Assembly (NCBI GenBank): GCA_045600525.1
Contig: JAZRYC010000159.1
Location: forward strand, 1 to 61,702
DNA: 61,702 nucleotides
Reading direction: 5' to 3'
From: Bacteroidales bacterium
Lineage (GTDB): Bacteria > Bacteroidota > Bacteroidia > Bacteroidales > WCHB1-69
Position 1 is the stretch's first letter, and each line of letters begins with the position of its first letter. Under the pieces are notes generated by a model. That model saw only the letters and a list, made by a program, of their open reading frames with translations. It was not told where the DNA came from and ran no database searches. Shown here one piece after another: positions 39,922 to 51,900 of the stretch. Made by a program: the position numbers and the translations under genes.

Positions 39922-42900
39922 ATGAAAAAACATTTTACACAGCTCAGATTAGCCTTGGTAGGCTTTCTGGTATGCTTGATGAGTGTTTCCATGATGGCCC
40001 AGCGGGTCACCTTGGATTTCACAAGTAACGATTGGGCTTTTCCTGTAAGTTCAAATTCAGGACTAACCAATGCGAATACTTACACCTATGATGGCTATTC
40101 CATCATTCTTCAAGCTTCTACTAAGTATTATTACCATACCGATGGTTACTTGATGATTGGTAAGAACAATTCAACGATTACGCTCCCCGCTTTTGATTTT
40201 CCTGTAGAGAAAATCGAAGTTGTGGGTAGAGCAGGTGCTTCTGCTTCCACAAAGCAGAACATCTATGTGGGTACCACGGCTGTGAGTACGCAGACAACAG
40301 GTTCTACTTCCACGCAGACGTATAATATTGCGGACGAATATCAAGGTGCCGGAAATGTCTATGTATTCAAGGTGGAATCCAATCATAATGCCCAAGTGAC
40401 CTATATCAAGGTTTACGAAAAGAATGAAGCAGTCGACACTTCCGTTGTCGCTCCCACCTTTGACTTAGTGGCTGGAAAATATTATTCCGACCAAATGATC
40501 ACCCTGACTGCCGAAGAAGGTGCTAACATCTATTATACGTTGGATGGCACGACTCCCTCTGTTGAAACCGGCATTCTCTATACACAGCCTATCGCGGTTA
40601 ATACTACTACGACCATTAAGGCTATCGCCGTATTAGGCGAAGGTACCAGTCCCGTGGTTTCTGCTGTCTATACCTTCCCCACATTTGAGGAATATGACAA
40701 TATCGCTGCTTTCAAAGCTGCAGCCAATACCTCTGTGGGAAGAATCAACAATGATGTAACGGTTCTCTTCCAAACGGCTGACAAATATCACACCTTCATC
40801 CAAGATGAATCTGGTGCTATCTATATATATGGTACGCTTTCCCAGGCCTATGTGGCTGGTGATGTGATCTCCGGCGGCGTATTTGGCAAATATAAATTGT
40901 ATAACAACATGGCGGAATTGACTCCTGAAAATGGAGCTCCTCTCGCTGCCGGTGTTGCCGGTGACGCTGTTCAACCCACCGAAGTCTCTATTGACAGCTT
41001 GATTGCCAACTACAGCAAATATGAAGGTATGCTCGTCACCGTTTCTGGTTTGAAACTCGGTGCCAACGCTACCTGGACCCCTGGTACTGCCGGCTCTGGC
41101 GTGAATGCCTCCGCCAATGGCCAGACAATTCAAATTTACAATACCTTCAAAGTTCTTGATACTACGATTGTCGCTAATTCCTTTGTGAATGTGACCGGCT
41201 TAGTGATTCGCTATAACTCTACCGTTGAAATCGCTCCGCGTGGCAATGCCGACATTACGGCCGCTCCTGCTGAACCCGCAGCCCTTCCTTATTTTGCCGA
41301 CTTCGACCGCAGCGCTGATCCGAACTTCGTATTCGACAACGGCGCAACCGGCGACCAATGGTTTGTGGGCCAGGCTCAGGATTTCGACAACAACAAACTT
41401 TTCGTTTCTTCCACCAATGGCGCTACCAACAAATATAACACAGGTGTTGCCGCCAATATTACCGCTATGCGTCAGATGGAGATTCCCGCTATGGGCGCCG
41501 TGCTCAATTTCGACTTCAGAGGTATGGGTGAAAACAATGGCGACTATTTGGCCGTTGAAATTCAAAAAGGCAACAATATTGCCACCTATAAGTTCTCAGG
41601 CAGCAACGAGTGGAATAACAAAACCATCCAAATTAACCCCTCCTTCGCAGGTGTGGTTGATGTACGCTTTGTATGGGTAAACAACGGTAACAACGCCGGT
41701 ACCCAGTTCCCTGCCGCTATCGATAACATCTCCGTTACGGAAGCCCTCTGCGCTCAGCCGATGAATGTGCTCGCCAGCGTGGAAGGCAATGCCGCCACCA
41801 TTTCCTGGACCGTTAGCGACTCTACCCAAAACGCTTGGGTTGTGGAATACAAACTGGAAGACCACAATGAATGGTATTCTGTTAATGCCACCACCAACTC
41901 CGTAGTTTTGAACGACCTCCAGGGCAGCAGCAAATACGATGTCCGCGTGAAGGCCGTTTGCGGCGAGGAATCCAGCGCTTACGCCGAAGGTTCCTTCCTG
42001 GTGAACTGCTTGAATTTGATTACCCGCACCACTCAGCAGAACCAGCAGATTAACGCTTCGCAAAGTGGTACGAATAGTTTTGTTCCTGCAGATTGTTATT
42101 GGGAATATACGGTTTCCCAACAGATTTATACGCCTACGGAATTAGGTAATGCTGGAAGACTGTATAGTATTTCTTTCCTTAATACGAATAGAAATCAGTT
42201 TGGTCCTCGCGAGGTGGAAATTTATTTGAAGCAATCAGATAAAACTTCTTTTGCCAATAGTACTGACTGGGAAAGCAAGGATGGTTTCACCAAGGTTTTT
42301 GACGGAACGATGAACGTTGCGGCAAATGATTGGACAGAAATCACATTTAACCGTGCTTATACTTACAATGGTTCCAGCAACCTTGTCCTCATGGTTATTA
42401 ATAAGTCAGGTACTTATTTTGGCTCAAGTTCAAATAAATTGACATATTCTGCTTTTAATGCAGGAAATAACCGTGCTATGCATGTGTATAGCGGTTCTAC
42501 GGAATATACACTTGATAATTATGCGGGTGCTTCCGGAACACGCATTAATTACTGCAATGTGGTTAAATTCAAAAAAGATGTCACTACGTATGAGTGCAAC
42601 GACCAGATTTCCTGTCAAGATCCTTCCAATTTGACCGTGAAGGATATTACGACAGAAGGTGCCACCATTACTTGGACGGCTGCCGCCAACGAACATAATT
42701 TCGTTTTGGACTATAAGACGGCCGATGCTGAAGAATGGACTTCCGTGGAAGTAGACGACACCACATACACCATCGCAGGTCTTTCCCAAAAGACGGATTA
42801 CCTTGTTCGCGTGAAAGCCGTTTGCGGTGAAAATGATCACAGCAACTATACTGACGAAGTTGCTTTCACTACGTCAAGTGTCTGCGCTCCTGTTACGGAC

Positions 42901-45900
42901 GTTACAAACTCCAACCTTTCCACCACGACCACGATTTCCTGGACACCTGGTGGCGAAGAAACGGAATGGGATCTCCAGTTCAAACCCACTGAAGCTGGTG
43001 AAGACGCTTGGGTGAACATCCATATCGGCGGTATTGCCTCCACTACCTTTGGTGGTTTGATGGAACAAACCGAGTACCAAGTTCGTATCATGGCTCTTTG
43101 TGATCCTGAAGATGAAGCTAACCAAAGTGCTTGGACTTATTACACCTTCACTTCCGGTTGCGCTCCTAAAGATCTTCCTTACGAAGAATACTTTGTTACC
43201 AACAACCTTCCTGATTGCTGGGAAACCAACGGATTCACCTTCGGCGGGCAAGCAGAAGCCGCTGCCACGGATCTCACTTTGATGACTCCTCCGATTAACG
43301 TTGCTCCTACGGGTAATACCTACATTTCCTTCGATGCTAAGGGTGGTGCCTACACTATCTTGGCTTCCTACAGAGGTACGGCCATGGATCGTTTCGCAAC
43401 AATCTACACTGGCGAAGCCAATGAGGAAATGACCCACGTTGTGGTACTTGTTCCTGCCGCTTACAGAGACAAAGCCACCAACTTCCTCTTCGTTTGCAAT
43501 GGTGAAGAACTCACTATAGACAATGTGGTTATTACCACTTGTCCGTTCATTCCTTCCGAACTCGTTGCCGCCAACCCCACAGTGAACAGTGTTGAACTTT
43601 CATGGGATGGCGCCGGCGCCGAACAATGGATACTTGAATATGCTAATACGCAAGATAATAACTGGAACCAAGTAACAGTTGATACTTTCAATTATGTTTT
43701 GACGGGATTGGATGCCAATAGCACTTATATCTTCCGCGTAAAATCTGCTTGCGGTAGCAATATGAGCGACTACTCCAACATAGCTGAGGCTACTACCTAC
43801 TGCGCTCCTATTGAAGTTCCCTATACTCAGGAATTCAATGAAAGCGAAATGCCTTCCTGCTGGAACACCTTCTTCACCGGTACCTGCCCTAGCAATGGTG
43901 CTTCCGTTTATGGAGGTGCCCTTAGACTCCTGAACACTTATAATGCTTCTTCCGACAGAGGTGACTACTATGGCGATATTTATGCCGTACTTCCCGAAGT
44001 CATCGACACCATTACCGCTGTACAGGTTTCTTTCGATGCTATGACCTACAACGGATACGACGGACAAATCGCTGTGGGTGTCATCACCGACATGAACGAT
44101 CCGTATGAATCCTTCAAACTTTATAAGATGATTACCCCGACAGCCAATTGGGCTGAAAACGTGGTTTCCTTCGAAAATTACACCTATGCCGATGGCCGTA
44201 TCGCTTTCTTCATGGATAAGAGCTTTGCCTCTAACACGAACCAGGGCGTTCTCATCGATAATGTGGTTATTGACTATATTCCTTCTTGTCCTAAACCGAT
44301 GGCTTTCACCGCTACCGTTGCTTCTGAAAGCTCTGTTCAATTGAACTGGAACTATGGCGGTAATGAAAACAAGTGGGATGTTGAATATGGTGTTGCCGGT
44401 TTCGCACATGGTGAAGGTACAATGATTACCACTTCTATCAGACCGACTACCATTGGTAACCTTACTTATGGTCAAACATACGATTTCTACTTGCGTGCTC
44501 GTTGCAGTAACGACGACCAAAGCGTATGGGTTGGACCGGTTACTACGACCATTGAAGTGAGCTATGTGATGGGTGAGGATTACAACATCACCACCTGCCA
44601 TGGTAATATCTATGATGATGGCGGCGTAAACGGCCTTTATTCCAACAACTTCGATGAAACGATGGTTATCAATCCTTCTTCTCCTGCCAGCTTGGTGGTT
44701 TTGGAAGGTTCTTATACCCTCGCCGCTAATGATACCCTCTTCGTTTATGACGGAAATTCAGTAGATGCTCCTTTGTATGCAGCCTTCGTTGATGGCAGCT
44801 ATGTTACTCTGACTTCTTCTTACGGTCCTTTCACCTTAAGACTCAAATCTGACAATAGCAATGCTTTTTCCGGTTTTGCTTTCGCCGTTTCCTGCCAGGA
44901 TGCTCCTACCTGTTCTGAAGTTGAAAACATCACCTTCGACGGTGGCAACACCTTTACCTGGACCAATGGTTACTGGGGAACTCCGCAAAGTTACAACGTT
45001 CGCTACAGAAAAACAAATGAAAGCGAATATACCGTAGTTAATGTTTCTTCTGCTACCTATTCTATCCCCGGCATGCAGAATATGGCTTACGAATTCGGCG
45101 TACAGGCTGTGTGCGGCGATGAAGACGCCAGCGATTGGACTACTATCGAAGTTACCAAGGAGGCTTGTCCTATGCCTACCGACCTTGATGTAACCGTTTC
45201 TGAAACTTCTGCTCAATTTACATGGAATGCCGGACAACCCGGACAAACCTACGTACTTGAATATAAGAGAGCCACTGCCGTAGAATGGGTAAGCGTTTCT
45301 GCTACGCAAAACACCTACACCCTTTCTAACTTGGATGCTCCTCAAAATTACGTGGCCCGCGTAAAGGCTATCTGCACCACGGGTGACGAAAGTGAATATA
45401 CCAGCGAAGTTTCCTTCACGGTTCTTCCTGCTATCGACGATTGCACGATTCCTACTTTGATTCAAAACGGTACGGGAACAAATAGTTCATCATATCAAAT
45501 TCCAGTATCATCCTATTACTATAATTCATATACCCAACAACTCTACACGGAAGCTGAATTAACCGAGATGGGAATAGTTCCTGGTGCTATTGTGAAGACC
45601 TTGTCTTTGAATTATTTCAATTCAACACCTACAGTACGTCCTATTACAGTTTGGCTTGGTACGACGAATATTTCCTCCTTTAGCGGTTCTTTTGTGGCTA
45701 TTGATGATAACTTCCAACAAGTATTTACCGATAACTGTTTTGAGTTTAGCAATAGAGATAACAACTGGTCCACGATTACCTTTGAGCAACCCTTCATCTA
45801 CAATGGTGGCAACTTGGTTATATCCTTCTTAATGAATTATATGGATGCTCCTTCATCTTCATGTTTTACGAGATATGGTGGTAATTATAATTTTTATTTG

Positions 45901-48900
45901 TCTGATGTGACAGGTAAAGCAGTTTATTGTACTGATGACTATACAAATCATCGCTTGGAAATCAATAGTCAAGGTCTTCCTTCTCAGGGTGGATCGAATA
46001 AATCTGCAACCTCTGTTTCTTACCGTTACAATGTGAAGTTTGGTGTATGTTTGGGCGAAGTAGTCAATACTTGTCCTGCTCCTACGGATATTGAAACGGG
46101 TGATATTACCGCACATAGTGTGGATATGACTTGGACACCGGGCGGCGACGAAACCAGCTGGACCGTTATCTATACGGTTGATGGCGTTACAGTGGATACT
46201 GTTGTAAATACTCCTGCCCTTACCATTGCAGATCTGAACAGAGATAGCGACTACAATATTCCAGTTAGCGTATATGCTAATTGCGACCTTCAGTCTGATG
46301 CTGCTTCCACGGCATTGGTGTTCCGCACGTTACCTACCTGTTTTGCACCTACAGACGTTGCCTTCAATGGCACCAAGGTGGTTTGGAACGGTACCTCTCA
46401 AAGCTATAACGTTCAATACCGCAAGGTGGGTGACGTTGAATACACCACGGATGTGACGAACATTAACTCCTATACCATTTCCGACATCGTTTGGGGCGAT
46501 TCCTACGAATTCATGGTACAGGGCGACTGCGGTGAAGAAGACGGAACCAGTTCATGGGTTTCCATTTCCTTTACCACTCCTGAATGCGCCGGCGGTGTAA
46601 GCGTGGCTATTGGTAATGGAACTTCTACAACATATTATGTTCCTACATATACAAATTATAATTACTCTTATTCCCAACAGATTTTTAAGGCTTCTGAAAT
46701 AGGTGGTGTAGCAGGTTCTATCAATGAGATGAAGATACAAATCAGTTCAACTTCAGCTTACACGCGTAAATTGGATGTATATTTGATGCATACTACCAAC
46801 GACATCATTTCTTCTTGGCTGCCTATTACGGATGCTACGAAAGTATATTCCGGTAATTTGACACTTACCAATGTGGGTGGATGGATGACCATTCCTTTCA
46901 CTACGCCGTTTGAATATAATGGAACGGATAATTTGGTATTGATTGTGGATGATAATACGGGTTCTTATCCAGGTAGCACCTATTTTTATTATACTTCTGT
47001 TCCTTCTGGTACATCAATGTATTATTATAGTGATGGTACAAATGTTAATCCTGCTTCTGTTTCTGTTTCAGGAACGAAAGGAACCTATCGCAACAATGTG
47101 AAGTTCAACATTTGTCCTCCTCCAACCTGTTCTGCTCCTACCAATTTGGCATACGATGCGGCAACAAGCAATTTGACTTGGTCTGACGGTACACATGGTA
47201 CGCCGGAAAGCTATGAAGTACAGTACAGAGTGGTGGACAGTGAGGCATGGACTTCTGCTACAACTACGGAACCTACGGCTACTTTGTCTAATCTTGAGTT
47301 GGCTTCCACCTATGAGGCAAGAGTTCGCTCCTTCTGTTCAGCCGAAGATTATTCCGACTGGACTAATGTGATTAATTTCACGACTCCTGAATGTTTGGGC
47401 GGTGTAAATGTTGTTTTTGAACCTTCTTCTTCTGTAAGCGAATATTTACCATTCTACGGATTTTATGGATATGCTTATTCCCAGCAAATTTTCGAAGCTT
47501 CTGAACTGAATGCAGTTGCTGGTAGCATTAAGTCTATTAGTTTTAATTGTATTTCTGCTCCGGATGCGCAAAAAACAGGTGGCATTCACATTTGGTTGGG
47601 CCATACAACAAAGTCTCAATTCAACAGCAATACAGACTATATTGATCCTTCTACATTGACCGAGGTGATTGCCATGCCGTCGAACCAAAATTATGCTTAT
47701 CAAACAGGATGGAATACATTCACCTTTGATGTGCCATTTGAATATGATGGCGAAAGCAATTTGGTGGTGGCATATTATGAAGGCTGTTCAGGATATAGTA
47801 GTGCGCAATTTGTAGGACATACCACTTCCACAAATAAATCGATTTCTCATTACTCTGATTCTCAGGGTTCTGTGTCAAGTACCAATCCAGCTAGCGCAAG
47901 CGGTAATAAATATTTTGACAAGGTTCGTAATAACATTAAACTTAATATTTGTCCTCCTCCAACCTGTTCTGCTCCTATCAGTTTGACTTTCAATGGAGAG
48001 ACCAACACCCTGACTTGGGAAGCAGGTTCTTATGGTACACCGCAAAGCTATGAGGTGCTGTACAGAGCTCAAGATGCTGAAGGATGGACCGTTGTTACCA
48101 CTACTGAACCGACCTTGACCTTGAATGATTTGGAACTCTCTACCACTTATGAGGCACAAGTTCGCGCCAACTGTTCAGAAACAGACCAATCAGAATGGAC
48201 TTCTGCCATCAGCTTCTCCACACCGGCTTGCTGGGGTGCTGTTGATGTAGCCATCGGTACGGGAACTTCTACTACATATTTTGTTCCTACACATACAAAT
48301 TATAAATACTCTTATTCTCAGCAAATTTTCAAGGCTGATGAAATTGGTGCTGCCGGTATGATTAATGATTTGAAGATTCAAATCCAATCAACTTCAGCTT
48401 ACACGCGTAAATTGGATGTATATTTGATGCATACGGATCAAAACACCATTCCTACAACATGGCTGCCTATTACGGGTGCAACGAAAGTATATTCCGGTAA
48501 TTTGACACTTACCAATGTGGATGGCTGGATGACGATTCCGTTCACCACGCCGTTTGCCTATAATGGAACGGATAATTTGGTATTGATTGTGGATGATAAT
48601 ACGGGTTCTGATCCAGGTGGCACCTATTTTTATTGTACTTCTGTTCCTTCTGGTACATTAAGGTATTATTATTATGATAACACGGATTTTGATCCCGCAT
48701 CTCCTACGACTTCTGGAAACCAATACGCCGGAACCTATCGCAACAATGTGAAGTTTGAAATGTGTCCTCCTCCAACTTGCTACGATCCTACGAATGTAAC
48801 GGTTACCGACGTGACGGCAACTACGGCTGTTGTGTCTTGGACTCCGGGTCATGGCGAGACCAACTTCTCTTTGGAATACCAAGCTGCCGATGAAGCAGAA

Positions 48901-51900
48901 TGGCAAGCCATTATGGTGGAAGGTACGCAATACACCCTAACCGATCTGACCAAGATCACCGACTACAACGTACGCGTGAAGGCTGTTTGCGATGTGGATG
49001 ACGAAAGTGATTATTCCTCTATCGTTTCCTTTACCACGCCACCTTCCTGCTTCACTCCTGAAAACCTTCAGCTCAAAGAACTCAACAGCTTTACTTCTGG
49101 CTTCCAGGCTGTAATCGCATGGACGGACGAACACGAACAAACCAACTTCGCCCTTGAATACAAACTCGCCGAAGACAGCACTTGGACCGTTCTCACTGTT
49201 GATACTACAATGGCTGAACTTAACAACCTCGCTGAAAACTCCGCTTACGACGTTCGCGTGAAGGCCGTATGCGGTGAAAACGACGAAAGCGAATATGCCA
49301 AAGCCATTTCCGTCGTCACCAGCTGCTTGGGCGGCTATGATGTGGACGTCTTAATTGGTGAAGGTACGCAAACAACCTATAATGTGCCGGTTAATCCTTA
49401 TTATAATTATTCTTATACACAGCAGATTTTCACCAAGGATGAGGTTCCTGCCGGTAACATTAATGCTGTATCTTTCCAATATGCTTATTCTTCTGCCATT
49501 ACGTCTAAGAATAATGTGAAGATCTACCTTACCACTACAGATAAGGAAGAGTTCTCTTCTGCCAGCGATTTTGTGACCGATGGTTTCCAATTGGTATATG
49601 AAGGCGCTATGAACTGCACTAGAGGTTGGAACACCTTCAACTTCACTACTCCGTATCAGTATGATGGTCAGTCTAATTTGGTATTGATAGTGGAAGATAA
49701 TTCTGGTAATTACAATAATAGTTCTTATGTTTTCAACTACACTAATACCTCTTTTATTAGTAGTTTGTACTATCAATCTGATAATGATTCTTTTGCAGAA
49801 GCAGATTATCCGGAAGAATATACCTATGTAGGTTCTTTCCGTGCCAATACGAAATTTGCCGTAGTGGGTTGTCCTGCAAACTATGACTTAGCCGTTGATT
49901 CCATCGCTCCGATTATGGATGCCTGCGACCTCAGTGACGCACAAGTCACCATTCGCGTGAATAACACTTCCTACAAGAACAGCGTTTCCACGTTCAATGC
50001 TTCTTACCAAGTTGGTGAAAGCATCGTTACAGAAACCGTGACGCCGGCTACGCCAATTGCTCCTCAGGAATCTTTCGTTTATACCTTTGCTCAGCATCCT
50101 GCTTTCGTGGACGGTTCCAACAACGTTGTCGTTACCATTGATTATGCAGAGGATGAAGACGCAAGCAACAACACGATTGCACTTAATGGCGTACATCAGG
50201 TTGTTCCTGCAACGGTACCTTACGTGGAGAACTTCTCCAACGTTACTTTCAACCGTATGGGCTGGAAGAACGGCAACCTCAACGAGAACAAACATCTTTG
50301 GACAGTGACTCGTGACGGTGTGGCTACCTATATGGATAACGACGAAATGGATGCCGAATCCTACTTCATGACTTCCTGTATTGAAATTCCTGAAGGCCAA
50401 TACATGATCTCCTATGATTACAACGCCCTCAGTGCCCTTTCTGAAAGCATGAACGTTTACATCGGTACCACTCCCGATATCGCTTCCATGAGCCTGATCG
50501 GTTCACACAGCAACTTCACACAGACTGCAGAAATGCAGAACTACGAATACCTCTTCACCAATGATGCTGCCGGCATTTACTACATCGCAGTGGAAGCCCT
50601 CAGTGCCAAGGGTAACATGGGTATCCAGTTCGACAACCTCACGATTACGCCGATGGTGGATGTAACCGTTGAAATTCTGCCTGGTCAGAATGGCTTGGAA
50701 AATGGTACGGTAACGCCGATCGGCAGCCTCAAGGTTCCGTATAACAGCGACCTCACCATCAGCATTGTTCCTGATAATATGTATCACCTTGCCGGTGTTT
50801 GGGTAGATGGTAACAGAACGATGGCCGAAGATCCTCTGAATGCAAGCTTCATGATGTACACGCTCTCCAATATTACGGAAGCCCACACCATCAGCGTGAA
50901 CTTCAAGATGGAATTCCACATCAACAAGTATGCTGTCAATTACAACGACCAATATACCGAAGTAGGTGGTCATTTCGTTCCTGCTTACACTGATACGTTG
51001 CTTGATCCGACAGCTCACGATGTTACCATGGTGGCTGACGAACACTACCATCTCCACAGCCTCGTCGTTGGTACGATGCCTCCTGCCTCTGCTGGCGCCC
51101 TCATCGTTGGCGACGAAGTGATTAGCGACGTGGTATTTGATCCTGCTACTCGTACCTATACCTACACCATCGACACCCTCTATGTGGGTAACTACTATGT
51201 ACAGGCTATGTTCAGAAGAGATACCGTGGCTATTGAGTACACGACTATCGCCGGTACGGGTCTCTATGACGGTCATCAGGTGGCTGAAGGCGAAACCTTC
51301 GCTTCCTACACTGACTATGGCACAGACTATACCTCTCAAATCGATGCTCCTGAAGGCTTCATTCTGATGAATGTAATTGCTGACGGTGTTCAAATGGATC
51401 CTGTTTCTGAATACACCTTCGACAGCGTGGTAACGCCGAGAAGCCTGGCTGGTATCTATGGTCATAGCGTTATTGCTTCCGTTGAAAACCACAATCCTAA
51501 CGGATACCTTGGTTCTACGGACGTGAGAGGCACCATTGCTCCGGATACGCAAATCGTTGTTCATGGCGATGCTGCTACTGTTACGGGTACGGTTGAAGAA
51601 AACTTCTTCTTACACAACTTCTATGTAAATGGCGTGGATCGTTTGAACGAAGTTGTCTTCTCAACGGGTAACAGCTATACTTTCACTTTGGACGAAGTAA
51701 CAGAGAACACCAACATTGTAGCCGTTGTCAGAATTGATACGCTGCATATCCATTACGTAGTAGATGCCGGTAACGGTATCATCAACGGAGACGAAATGGA
51801 TGCTCCTGCTGAATCATGGATCACCCTTGACTATGGTTCTGACTTCACCAGCACCTTCGCACCTGTTACGGGTTATCATCTTGTGAATGTTGCCGTCAAT

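Noticed and set aside
46580-48780. Diversity-generating retroelement template/variable repeat pair
   Set aside because: Differences are not adenine-restricted and include indels, both copies are in-frame coding, and there is no reverse transcriptase in the window.
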